64,000 nucleotides of DNA from Acidobacteriota bacterium (GTDB lineage Bacteria; Acidobacteriota; UBA890; WLXD01), in contig CAXWPH010000015.1 of NCBI GenBank assembly GCA_963666055.2, positions 928,001 through 992,000 of the forward strand. The letters are read 5' to 3'. The notes beneath the pieces were generated by a model that was not told the origin of the DNA, did not search any database, and saw only the letters and a program-made list of their open reading frames with translations. Positions 1 through 9,201 of this stretch are shown here, piece after piece. How positions within the stretch are numbered: the stretch's first letter is position 1; the number at the start of each line of letters is the position of its first letter. Both the position numbers and the translations under genes were made by a program.

Positions 1-112
1 GCGCGTGAACCTCACCGCGGTCGATCTTCAGGTCGACTCCGCGCAGGATCTCCTTGCCTTCGATCGCCACGCGCAGGCCTTTGACCTCGAATAGAGGTGT
101 CTGCTCGCTCAT
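1..112 (-). CDS. sufC: Fe-S cluster assembly ATPase SufC, 5' part (runs off the window)
   Basis: Reverse strand from ATG at 112 reads MSEQTPLFEVKGLRVAIEGKEILRGVDLKIDRGEVHA, a typical SufC N-terminus; directly downstream of an Rrf2 regulator. Confidence 0.85.
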   Translation of the reverse strand, partial: MSEQTPLFEVKGLRVAIEGKEILRGVDLKIDRGEVHA

Positions 113-157
113 CAGCGTGGTGCTCCTGTAATCGTTTCTTGCCTACAAGTCAGCAAG

Positions 158-688
158 TCAGCTGGATTCGGTTAGCTGCACCTTGTGGAGGGTCGGGGCA
201 GCTGGGAACTTTGTTTTGCTCGCAAGGTTCGGAATGGCTTCAACCATGGGTTGGAGCTCGCGACACATCTCGTGCTCGGAGCGCAGCAGATCTGCCAGCG
301 TGATGCGCTCGAGCAGCTGGTGGACATGCTCTGACAGCGTTGACCAGACCGGGCGCAGCGCGCACGAGGTCTCGTGCACACAGACCTCCCCGGCGCCGCT
401 GTGGCGCTCGCAATATTCCGCGTCGAAGAGTTCGTTAGATAGCGCCAGGACGATCTCGCCGAGGTTGATGTCGTCGGCCGTGCGGGTCAGCAGGAAGCCG
501 CCGTTGCGGCCGCGAACGCTGTCCACGAGTCCGTGCTGGCGCAACATGTTCAGCAGCTTGCCAGTGTACTCGGGACTCAGGCCCTCGTTCACCGCAACCT
601 GCCTCACTGACATCGGTTGCCCGGGGTCGTTCAGCGCCAGCTGCAACATACAGCGCAGACCGTACTCCTCGAGCGCGGTGATCTTCAC
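158..688 (-). CDS. Rrf2 family (IscR/SufR-like) Fe-S transcriptional regulator
   Basis: EEYGLR...SVRGRNGGF winged HTH; three Cys in YCERH..VCVHETSC; upstream of sufC. Confidence 0.9.
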   Translation of the reverse strand: MKITALEEYGLRCMLQLALNDPGQPMSVRQVAVNEGLSPEYTGKLLNMLRQHGLVDSVRGRNGGFLLTRTADDINLGEIVLALSNELFDAEYCERHSGAGEVCVHETSCALRPVWSTLSEHVHQLLERITLADLLRSEHEMCRELQPMVEAIPNLASKTKFPAAPTLHKVQLTESS

Positions 689-784
689 GGAGAGACTCCG
701 AAGTGGGAAAGGCGAGCCGGGAAACAGCGCGGCTACGCACGCTCTTGGAATGAAACTAGCGAGAAACTCGCTGCGTCAGGGCCC

Positions 785-818
785 AGAATACAAAAACCTG
801 ACTTTTTTGTCAACTTTT
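785..818 (-). promoter_or_regulatory. sigma70 promoter overlapped by an IscR-type palindromic operator
   Basis: Minus strand TTGACA (813-808), 17-nt spacer, TATTCT (790-785); overlapping palindrome AGTTGAC-AAAAAA-GTCAGGT. Confidence 0.7.
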
Positions 819-888
819 CTGGGGCCTGATCAAGAGGAGAGGACGAAAGGTCCCTTCCGCCTGTCGAGCGCCGCTACGAAGGCTCGAG

Positions 889-1449
889 TCAGTACTTCTT
901 CGACCACGGGAACTTGGCATGTTCACGCGACTCCGGCACATAGTGCTGGAGCGACTTCACGTAGCCGAACTCCTTGGGAAATGCGAGCTCGTATTCGTCG
1001 GGGTTGATGCCGTCGTCGAGGAACACCTTCCTGGCGTCGCGGGCGGCCTTCGTCATGAATATCCCACCGGGAATGGTCTCGGCAGGGTAGGCGCGCGTGC
1101 ACCGCAGGTTGGCGTTCAGAACGCCTGCCGGCTCCAGATAGAAAAGGAATTCCGAGTCGTCGAACTCGCCCGTCAGCACTGACTCTTCGAACGCTTCCTG
1201 CCCGATGACGATGCCCTTGCAGGTGGCCGGGTCGGGAGGGGGTGGCGGCGGCGGGACGTCCTCGACCTTAGCCTCGGGGACAGAATCCTTGGCCGGCTTG
1301 GTCGAGGTAGTGTCTTCAGCAACGTCCGCCGCTTCGGCCTTGGCGGCCGACACGGGCTCGGCCGATACGGCCTCGGGAGTCCCTTCTTCCGGCGGGGTGG
1401 CCGCGTCGTCAGCGGCTGTCATCGTGACCTCCTGTCGATCCGGCTTCAT
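889..1449 (-). CDS. hypothetical protein (acidic/Pro-rich N-terminus, globular C-terminus)
   Basis: 186-aa ORF, co-oriented with rrf2; no family recognised. Confidence 0.6.
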   Translation of the reverse strand: MKPDRQEVTMTAADDAATPPEEGTPEAVSAEPVSAAKAEAADVAEDTTSTKPAKDSVPEAKVEDVPPPPPPPDPATCKGIVIGQEAFEESVLTGEFDDSEFLFYLEPAGVLNANLRCTRAYPAETIPGGIFMTKAARDARKVFLDDGINPDEYELAFPKEFGYVKSLQHYVPESREHAKFPWSKKY

Positions 1450-1611
1450 GGAGCGCCGGGTAGGATATCAGGTACGGTAGTTGCCGGTCGAAACGCCAAG
1501 TCGTGCCTCGCACCGGCGCCGGTCGGTTATTGACAGGTTGATACCGCCGAAAGAAGATTCCCCCGCCGGCGCACGCTGCCCGGAACTGCCCGGAATCAAT
1601 GGAGAAGGCCG

Positions 1612-2343
1612 CTGAGGATCCACGCGGGAGCAACGTCGCTAGTAGGTACCGTCCGCCGCCACAATGAGGACGCCTGCCGGGCCGAAGAGGATCTCGGCCT
1701 TTTCGTGGTCGCGGACGGTCTCGGCGGCCACCGGGCTGGCGAGCACGCCAGCAACATGGCCGTGGAGGTGCTCATGCACACGCTGCAGACGGCTCGCGAC
1801 AACGGCGACTCACCTGACCTCGATCTGGTTCTGGACGCCTTCGATAGGGCCAACCACGGCATACTGAACGAGGCTCGTAGCTCGCCCGAGCGCGAAGGGA
1901 TGGGGACCACCCTTACGGCGATCGTGGTCCACGGCGACCAGCTGCTGCTTGGTCACGTAGGCGATAGTCGTGCCTGGCGCATTCGCGACGGGGTGATCGA
2001 ACAGCTCACCCAGGATCACACCGTCGTGGGGCAGCAGGTGCGCGACGGTGTGCTCACCGAAGCCGACGCCGAGACCCACCCCATGCGGCACGTGCTCAGT
2101 CGGTGCCTGGGGATTCACGAAGAAGTCGAAGTCGATCTTGCGGAGGGCGCCGTCACGCCGGGGGATATCTACGTGCTTGCTTCGGACGGCCTCATTCCCT
2201 CGACGCCCCCCGACGAGATCGTACGCATCGTGAAGGAGAACAGCGAAGCGAAGATCGCGGCGGAGGTAATGGCAAACCGCGCTTGCGAGCGTGACGGTCG
2301 AGACAACATCACCGTCGTCGTGGTGGTATGCGCGGACAACTGA
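1612..2343 (+). CDS. PP2C/Stp1-family Ser/Thr protein phosphatase
   Basis: Motifs [30 protein letters not shown]; frame extends upstream of the track start (1705) to a CTG at 1612 preceded by GGAGAAGG. Confidence 0.9.
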   Translation: MRIHAGATSLVGTVRRHNEDACRAEEDLGLFVVADGLGGHRAGEHASNMAVEVLMHTLQTARDNGDSPDLDLVLDAFDRANHGILNEARSSPEREGMGTTLTAIVVHGDQLLLGHVGDSRAWRIRDGVIEQLTQDHTVVGQQVRDGVLTEADAETHPMRHVLSRCLGIHEEVEVDLAEGAVTPGDIYVLASDGLIPSTPPDEIVRIVKENSEAKIAAEVMANRACERDGRDNITVVVVVCADN

Positions 2344-3644
2344 CTCGCAGCGCGGCGCTAGCGTTGGCTCTTTGCGGCACCGTAGGGCAGATTGCCGATG
2401 CCTCGGCGCAACAAACGGAAACCGCCGAGGCCGCTGAGGCCGCTGAGGCCCTCTTCGCCGAGGCCGAGGGTTTCTTGCGGCGGGGACGGTTGCGTGAGGC
2501 GCGTGTGGGCTATGAGCGCATCGTCGCCGAGTTCGGTGCTATGGCCGCGCCGGCCGCATCGTGGCGCGCCGCTGCCCGGGTTCGCCTCGGCGACTTACGT
2601 TGGCGTTCGGGTGCGTTCGCGTTGGCCGGCGGCGAGTATGTGCGGGTGCTCGAGCAAGAGCCGCCGTCTGCCTGGACGTCACGAGCTCGCCTCGGATTGG
2701 CCAGTGTTGCGCTCCTCGATCGTGATTGGGTTTCGGCCGCTGACATGTTGCAGCGGGTAGTCACCGCTACCGACGCCGGCTGGCCGGAGGGCGATGCCGG
2801 AGCGGCGACCGATGCGCGGCAGCGCCTGGGCTTGATCCAACGGTTCCGGGTACGCCCCCGCAGTGGCACGCCGTACTGGACTGCGGCCAGCGTGTTGATT
2901 ACGCCTGGTCATGAGCTGCGGCGCCCCATCGCGCTGGCGGCCAGCAGTGACGGTCAGCTGCTGGTCGTCGACGAGGGCATAGCGGCCGTGCTGTTGATCC
3001 ACTCCGACGCGTCGCGTGTCAGCCGGCTTCCGCATGACGACCATCGCCGACCATGGTGGGGATTCGATGGGCTGCCATACCTACCAACGCGCAAGGCGGG
3101 TGTCATCGCGCTCGGTGGATCGCAGCTCCGATTCGTCGCCAGCGAGGCCGGCCGACGAGTGCCGTTGGAGGATCTGCAGGGTGGGGCGCGGACACCCGAG
3201 GGGTATTGGTACCTGCTGGACTCGGATCCGCGGCGCGTGCTGCGATTTACCCCGGAAGGGGAGTTCGAGCGACAGATCACGGGCCGCGACGAGGAGCCTG
3301 TCGACCTCGTTGTTGACGGGCGTGGCCGGTTGCTGGTGCTCGAACGCCGCTCGGATCGCGTCATTCGCTTCGATGCCGACGGCCGCCGAGAACTAGTTGT
3401 CGTTGAGGGAAATTGGCGACGTCCGGAGGCCATCGAGGTCGATGGCCTGGACAATATCTACGTGCTTGATCGGGACGCGAAGCTCATCGACGTATTCGAC
3501 GCTGACGGCAAACCATTCAGCCGCCTGGGTCCCGACTTCCCTAGTGCCGTGCAGATGCGAAGCCCGCGGGATCTCGCCGTTGACGGCACTGGGCGTGTTT
3601 ACGTCGCCGATCGCAGCGCCTCCATCGTTTACGTGATCCGGTGA
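2328..3644 (+). CDS. secreted TPR + NHL-repeat beta-propeller protein
   Basis: Signal peptide, TPR-like helices, repeated P-x-D/A-l-a-vD-x-x-G-x-l/vYV NHL units. Confidence 0.75.
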   Translation: MRGQLTRSAALALALCGTVGQIADASAQQTETAEAAEAAEALFAEAEGFLRRGRLREARVGYERIVAEFGAMAAPAASWRAAARVRLGDLRWRSGAFALAGGEYVRVLEQEPPSAWTSRARLGLASVALLDRDWVSAADMLQRVVTATDAGWPEGDAGAATDARQRLGLIQRFRVRPRSGTPYWTAASVLITPGHELRRPIALAASSDGQLLVVDEGIAAVLLIHSDASRVSRLPHDDHRRPWWGFDGLPYLPTRKAGVIALGGSQLRFVASEAGRRVPLEDLQGGARTPEGYWYLLDSDPRRVLRFTPEGEFERQITGRDEEPVDLVVDGRGRLLVLERRSDRVIRFDADGRRELVVVEGNWRRPEAIEVDGLDNIYVLDRDAKLIDVFDADGKPFSRLGPDFPSAVQMRSPRDLAVDGTGRVYVADRSASIVYVIR

Positions 3645-5767
3645 GCCGTCTCGAGGCGCTGGTCGCCAATGCCCGGCGCAGGGTACTTGTCGCGGCCGTA
3701 TTGTCGTTGGCGCTGGCCGCCATTGATCCACCGTTGGCGGCAGCACAGGGCTCGGTCGAGCAACTGGGGATTCTCTACGCCCGTGCCGAGACGATGATCC
3801 GTGCCGCTGACCACGAAGGTGCGATCGTGCTCCTGGATCGGATGATCGGGCGATTCGACGCCCCTGGCGGAGCATCCTCGGAGGCTCTGCGGCTGCTACT
3901 GCGCCGCGGTCTGATGTCAAGAGCACGAGCACTCTGGGAGGTCGGCCGTCGGGGTGAGGTCGATGATGATCTCGACCAGGTGATCGAGCTGGCTCCTTCC
4001 TACGAGATAAACGCCGGGTCGGTGTCCGCCGACTTCGCGTCCCGGTTTCGGCGACGTCGCGAACGCAAGGTCGGATTCCTACGCATCGGGCGCTCCCCGG
4101 CCGACTTGCGAGTCTTTCTCGATGGTCGCGAGCTCGGTGACGTTCCCGACATCTTGCCGGTGCTTGCCGGCGACCATGTCGTCGTGGGCCGACGTGCCGG
4201 ATACGCGAGTCGGCGCGAAGAGGTCAGCGTCCGCAACAACCGTACGGAGGGCGTCGGGTTATCGCTGGAGCGATCGAGTGCCACGCTGCGCTTGGCGACC
4301 GATCCGCCAGGCGCAGTCTTGACCCTCAATGGTGAAGTGATGGGCACCACGCGGCCTTCGACAAGCAACCCAGCGACCACCGTGTCGTTGCCGTTGACTG
4401 TCGACGCGTTGCTCCCGGGCTGGTACGAGATCGAAGTCACGTTGGCCGAGCACCGGACATTCCGGCAGCGGTTGGAGGTGCCGGACCTGAGCGACTACGA
4501 CCTTGGCGTTCTGCATCTCGACGCGGCCTTGGGAATGCTGCTGTTGCGCGGCCTGCCTCCGGCGGCCAACTTGTATGTCGACGGTGAGCTTGTCGAACCA
4601 AAGCGGCAGGATGGCGTTAGCGATCAGGCGCGCGTGGAGCTGCCGGTCGGAGATCACCGCGTGATGGTGTCGATGCCGGGTGCAGGCGTGTTCGAAATGC
4701 CGTTCCGGCTCGAGGACGGCACTACGCGCAGCTTGGAGGTGCGCCTGTTGCCGGGGATCGCCGTGCTCGGTGCTCGAGGCGGTGACGAGCTAGATCGCGA
4801 CGAGATACTAGGTGACCTCGTCAGCGAGCTCAGCAGCGCCAGCGGCTGGTACCAGATGGATCGCCGCCACCGCATCGCCGATCTCGAGTTCCAGGACGAC
4901 GGAACGCTGGCCGCCGCTGTTCGGCGTCGGTTGGAGGAAGAGATCCCGGCGAGCGTGTTTGTCACCGTCGAACTGGAGTCGACGCCGGCCACGGAGGTGG
5001 TGCTGCGCCTGTGGGCCGCCGGATCAGGCCTGTCGCATGGCGTCGTCCGGTTGCCTCGCGGCGATCGTGCTGCGCTCACAGCATGGGTCGACGAGCTCAA
5101 CGCGCCGCTGACTGGTGACCGCGCTTGGCTGGGAGCTTTGATTATCGACGGCGGGCTCGAGGGCAATGCGATCGTAGCGTCGCTGACGCCTAATGGGCCT
5201 GCCGCCAACGCTGGCCTGAGCGTCGGCGATCACGTTCTGACCATCGATGGACGCCCGATAGCCGGCGCCGCCGACGTAGAAGAGGTGCTGATAGATTCGG
5301 CGCCATTTACGAGGCTTGCTATCGGCTACGAACGTGGCAACTCGCCGGGTTTGACGAGCGTGACGCTGGGCTCTAGCCCAACGCTTCTGACGGACGTAAA
5401 GCCGGCGCGGGCAGTGGCGCTGTGGGCAGCGGCCACAGCGGCTCTAGAAGCCGCCGACTCGGTGACGCCGCGCTGGGTGCTGCAGTTACAGCTGGCGCAC
5501 TTGCTGCTGGAACAAGAGCGCTTCGCAGCCGCGGTGGATGTGCTACGTCAGGTGCGTGCGCCCTCCGGCGTCCCCTTCGGCGCCGGCGCGGTGGATTATT
5601 GGCTCGGGGTGGCCCTGTTGGCGGGCAAGGGCGACGACGTGCAGACGGCTCGCCAGGCTCTGACTCGGGCGGCGGCCGACTCCGAGGCGAGACTCATTCA
5701 CAATGACGGGCCTCGGCTCGCACCCCGGGCACGGGTGCGGTTGGCCGAGCTCGGAACGCAGGACTGA
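3641..5767 (+). CDS. secreted TPR + PEGA + PDZ domain protein
   Basis: Signal peptide; PEGA-like TDPPGAVLTLNG, LPGWYEIEV; PDZ-like GPAANAGLSVGDHVLTIDG; GTGA overlap with the upstream gene. Confidence 0.75.
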   Translation: MSRLEALVANARRRVLVAAVLSLALAAIDPPLAAAQGSVEQLGILYARAETMIRAADHEGAIVLLDRMIGRFDAPGGASSEALRLLLRRGLMSRARALWEVGRRGEVDDDLDQVIELAPSYEINAGSVSADFASRFRRRRERKVGFLRIGRSPADLRVFLDGRELGDVPDILPVLAGDHVVVGRRAGYASRREEVSVRNNRTEGVGLSLERSSATLRLATDPPGAVLTLNGEVMGTTRPSTSNPATTVSLPLTVDALLPGWYEIEVTLAEHRTFRQRLEVPDLSDYDLGVLHLDAALGMLLLRGLPPAANLYVDGELVEPKRQDGVSDQARVELPVGDHRVMVSMPGAGVFEMPFRLEDGTTRSLEVRLLPGIAVLGARGGDELDRDEILGDLVSELSSASGWYQMDRRHRIADLEFQDDGTLAAAVRRRLEEEIPASVFVTVELESTPATEVVLRLWAAGSGLSHGVVRLPRGDRAALTAWVDELNAPLTGDRAWLGALIIDGGLEGNAIVASLTPNGPAANAGLSVGDHVLTIDGRPIAGAADVEEVLIDSAPFTRLAIGYERGNSPGLTSVTLGSSPTLLTDVKPARAVALWAAATAALEAADSVTPRWVLQLQLAHLLLEQERFAAAVDVLRQVRAPSGVPFGAGAVDYWLGVALLAGKGDDVQTARQALTRAAADSEARLIHNDGPRLAPRARVRLAELGTQD

Positions 5768-5784
5768 GGCGCCCGACCAAGAAC

Positions 5785-6762
5785 ATGCGGTACCTGTCTG
5801 CCGCCGATCTCGACTTAGCGCTTCCCATCGATGCCGCCATCGATGCGATGGAGGCGGTCTTCGGCGCCGCTGCTCGCGGGCAGACCGATGTGCCCGAGCG
5901 GACGGTTATCTACGGCACGCGCAGCGACGGCGATTCCGAGTCGCTGTTGCTCACCATGCCGGCTGGCTGGCAGGGGCGTGGCTCAGGTGCGAAGGTCTCG
6001 AGCTTCATTGCCGACAACCCGTCGCGCGGCTTGGCCGCCGTGCAGGGAATCGCGGTGCTGTTCGACACCGATAGCGGGAGCCCGGTGCTGCTGACCGACG
6101 CGGCCGCGCTCACGGTGCGGCGAACCGCGGCCATGGCCGGTCTGGCTACACGCTTTCTGGCGCGTGCCGATGCGACACGCTTGGCAATTATCGGTACGGG
6201 TGCTTTGGCTGCCGACATGATCGCGGCGGTGTGCTGCGTACGGTCGATTGTGGCCGTGGTGGCCTTCAACCGCACCCCGTCGAAGGCGGAGGCGTTGATG
6301 GACTCGCTGGTCATCGGCGGAGCAGTGGCCGCGACGGCGGAAGACGCGGCGCGCGATGCCGACGTGTTGGTGTTGGCAACGTCATCGACGACGCCCGTGG
6401 TGGCCGATGCGGCGATCGGGCCCGGCACGCATATCAACGCCGTCGGCAACTTCTCGCCGCGGGGGAGCGAGCTGCCGCCGGAAACCGTCGCCCGGTGCAC
6501 GCTGTTCGTAGATAGCTACGACAGCGCGCTCTCAGAGGCCGGTGACCTGATCCTTGCCGCCGAACAGGGTTTGATCCCGGCCGGCCGCGAGGGCGTTTGC
6601 GGGGATCTCGCGGAGTTGTCTGCCGGGGCGGCCCCGCTACGCTCGAGCGCCCAGGAGATCACGCTGTTCAAGAGCGTTGGGACGGCCCTTGCCGACCTGG
6701 GGGCGCTTTGGGCCGCGAACCAGATGGCTTCGGATCGCAACATCGGCATACGTCTTGACTGA
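5785..6762 (+). CDS. ornithine cyclodeaminase/mu-crystallin family protein
   Basis: RTAA, IIGTG, GTHINAVG, ITLFKSVG motifs. Confidence 0.9.
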   Translation: MRYLSAADLDLALPIDAAIDAMEAVFGAAARGQTDVPERTVIYGTRSDGDSESLLLTMPAGWQGRGSGAKVSSFIADNPSRGLAAVQGIAVLFDTDSGSPVLLTDAAALTVRRTAAMAGLATRFLARADATRLAIIGTGALAADMIAAVCCVRSIVAVVAFNRTPSKAEALMDSLVIGGAVAATAEDAARDADVLVLATSSTTPVVADAAIGPGTHINAVGNFSPRGSELPPETVARCTLFVDSYDSALSEAGDLILAAEQGLIPAGREGVCGDLAELSAGAAPLRSSAQEITLFKSVGTALADLGALWAANQMASDRNIGIRLD

Positions 6763-6853
6763 GTGGGGGCGCGAGCGAGTCTTGTGACCACACCAGGACA
6801 CGTTTATCCTAAAGAGTACTGGTCATCCGCTTACGAGCCGTTACGGAGCCTTC

Positions 6854-7237
6854 ATGGAACCCACAGCTAGCGAGCAGCCCGAAAGCTCGGCCTTGCCGCC
6901 GACCTCGAAAGCACCGCTTGTGTTCACCGAGGCCGCCATCGCCAAGGTACGCGAGTTCCTGGACACGAAGCCGGACGCCCAAGGCAAGATGCTGCGCATC
7001 TTCGTTCAGGGAGGCGGCTGTTCAGGCTTCGAGTACGGGTTCTCATTCGACGAGCACAAGGAAGGCGATCTGGTGATCCCACAGGGCGACATCGAGGTGC
7101 TGCTCGACTCCTTCAGCCTTCCATACCTGGAGGGGTGTCACGTCGACCACGCCGAGACTCTGATGGGCAGCGGGTTCTCGGTGAAGAACCCGAACGCCAC
7201 CGGGACTTGCGGCTGCGGGCATTCGTTCTCCGCCTAG
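6854..7237 (+). CDS. HesB/IscA/ErpA A-type Fe-S carrier
   Basis: GGGCSGFEY and NPNATGTCGCGHSF. Confidence 0.95.
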   Translation: MEPTASEQPESSALPPTSKAPLVFTEAAIAKVREFLDTKPDAQGKMLRIFVQGGGCSGFEYGFSFDEHKEGDLVIPQGDIEVLLDSFSLPYLEGCHVDHAETLMGSGFSVKNPNATGTCGCGHSFSA

Positions 7238-7246
7238 CGGAGTTCT

Positions 7247-8086
7247 TCAGCACCCTGCGAGGGAGTCGGTGCCGGGGCGACTGCGCGGCTTGGTGCCCCA
7301 GTGGAGGGCGACGGTACCCAGGGTGAGGCGCCGATACGCGACCTCGGTGAAGCCGGCTTGGCTGAGGATAGCGGCGAAGGACTCCGGGCTCTCCCAGGCG
7401 TCGATGCTGCGGTTGAGGTAGTGGAACGGGACGGAGGTGCCAGTTAGCCAGCGACCGATGTTGGGGACGACGGCTCGCGTGTAGATGCGGTGCCCCCAGC
7501 GGACAGCGGCAAGTGGGGGGTCGCAAAATTCGAGGATCACGAGGCGTCCGCCGGGTTTGAGCACACGGTGTGCTTCGGAGAGCACGGGACGCAGGATGGG
7601 GCGCACGTTGCGCATCGCGAAGGCGGAAAGGGCTCCGTCGAAGCTGGCCGCGTCGTAGGGAAGGGCTTCGGCGCTGGCGACGTGAAACGGCACCGGGAGA
7701 TCGGCTCGCGATTGCTTGGCGTGGGCAGCGTTGATCATCTCGCGGGCGAAGTCGACACCCACCGCTCGATGGCCGGCGCCGGCCGAGGCGAGTGCAAGGT
7801 CACCGGTTCCTGTGGCGATGTCGAGAACAGCACCGCCGGCCGGCACTCCGAGTTGGCGGATCGCAGCGCGCCGCCATGCGGTGTCCAGGCCGAGGCTGGC
7901 CCAGCGGTTGAACGTGTCGTAGCGGGGCGCGAGGCCATCGAACATTCGCTGCACGGCGTCGGTGAACGATCCGCCGGCAGCCTCGACGCGGTCCGGAGCG
8001 CCGCCGCTGTCAGGATCGAGTTCTTTGCCCACGATCAGAGAGCGTGCCAGAATATGCCTCCTCGCGTCGTTATCAGGTGTCGACAA
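7247..8086 (-). CDS. ubiE: UbiE/MenG demethylmenaquinone methyltransferase (start uncertain)
   Basis: MFDGLAPRYD, LDIATGTGD, RVLKPGGRLVILEF. Confidence 0.88.
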   Translation of the reverse strand: MSTPDNDARRHILARSLIVGKELDPDSGGAPDRVEAAGGSFTDAVQRMFDGLAPRYDTFNRWASLGLDTAWRRAAIRQLGVPAGGAVLDIATGTGDLALASAGAGHRAVGVDFAREMINAAHAKQSRADLPVPFHVASAEALPYDAASFDGALSAFAMRNVRPILRPVLSEAHRVLKPGGRLVILEFCDPPLAAVRWGHRIYTRAVVPNIGRWLTGTSVPFHYLNRSIDAWESPESFAAILSQAGFTEVAYRRLTLGTVALHWGTKPRSRPGTDSLAGC

Positions 8087-8127
8087 GTGTGCGGTTCCCG
8101 TCGTCGGGCGGCCTCGGAGGCCCAGAG

Positions 8128-8433
8128 TTGAGTGAGCTAAAGACGGTGGCCAGCGTTACTGACCTGGTCGAAGGCACCGGTAAGACGATCGAGATCGGCG
8201 AGTCAGAGATCGCATTGTTCAACGTTGGCGGAGCGTTCCACGCCATCGAGAACACCTGCTGTCATCGCGGCGGTCCGGTCGGTGATGGTGATCTCGACGG
8301 CCACACGGTCAGCTGCCCGTGGCACGGCTGGCGCTTCGACGTGGCCAGCGGCGAGTGCCTCAACTCTCCCGGCGATTGGCTGCGAACCTACGAGGTTGTT
8401 GTCGAGGGGACGGCGGTGCGGGTGAGGCTTTGA
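8128..8433 (+). CDS. Rieske [2Fe-2S] ferredoxin
   Basis: CCHRGG...CPWHGWRFD; TTG start at 8128 after GGAGG. Confidence 0.9.
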   Translation: MSELKTVASVTDLVEGTGKTIEIGESEIALFNVGGAFHAIENTCCHRGGPVGDGDLDGHTVSCPWHGWRFDVASGECLNSPGDWLRTYEVVVEGTAVRVRL

Positions 8434-8524
8434 GGATCTGTTCCCTTTCACGGGTTACGTTCTACACTGAAAGATCGAAAACGAGTCGCAGCCCAGGTCG
8501 TGGCGGACTAGTGAGGCACGAGCG

Positions 8525-9172
8525 GTGGTGAAGAAAGCGCGGGTCACTCGGGAGCGTGAGGTACGGCTCTACGAGAACGACTTCCTCGAGTCGCTTACTC
8601 GCGTCCATCCGGCGGTGCCGATCGCCATTTGGGGACCGATCGCGTTGGCGCTCATTTACCTGGGGTATTTGCGCGATCTGTCGGTCGGAACCGTCATCGC
8701 TTTGTCGATCTTCGGCGCCTTCGCGTGGACATTCACCGAGTATTGCCTGCATCGCTGGATCTTCCACTGGGAACCACAGCACGCCAGGCTCAAAGAGTTT
8801 CTCTACCCGCTGCACCGGCTCCATCACGACGTACAAGAGTGGGATCGGCTGTTGGCCCCGCCGATGATGGCAGTGCCGCTATACCTGATTCTGATGAGCG
8901 TCGGCTACTGGATCCTCGGCACTCCGACCCTGTTTCCGTTCTGGGGCGGCTTCACGATCGGTTATCTCTGCTACGACTACATCCATTTCTATACTCACTT
9001 CGTGAGGCCGAAGAACCGCATCGGGGTGGGGCTGCGCAAACGCCATCTGCAGCACCACTTCTCCGCCGAGGAACGCTGGTACGGCGTGAGCTCGCCACTG
9101 TGGGACTACGTGTTCCGCACCCATGTGCCACGTGGGCAGCGACCGTTCGAGGCCACCTCGCGACCGGACTAG
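8525..9172 (+). CDS. fatty acid hydroxylase/sterol desaturase family membrane protein
   Basis: Four His boxes HRWIFH, HRLHH, HFYTH, HLQHH; GVSSPLWDYVF. Confidence 0.88.
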   Translation: MVKKARVTREREVRLYENDFLESLTRVHPAVPIAIWGPIALALIYLGYLRDLSVGTVIALSIFGAFAWTFTEYCLHRWIFHWEPQHARLKEFLYPLHRLHHDVQEWDRLLAPPMMAVPLYLILMSVGYWILGTPTLFPFWGGFTIGYLCYDYIHFYTHFVRPKNRIGVGLRKRHLQHHFSAEERWYGVSSPLWDYVFRTHVPRGQRPFEATSRPD

Positions 9173-9201
9173 ACGACCGGGGGGGGGGTCGTACGGGGGC
9201 C

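Noticed and set aside
6854-7237. HesB-like selenoprotein
   Set aside because: All conserved Cys are encoded by TGY; no in-frame TGA
9173-9200. G10 run as a phase-variation tract
   Set aside because: Lies between convergent stop codons within a short ACGACC/GGTCGT hairpin, so slippage would not affect a frame or promoter
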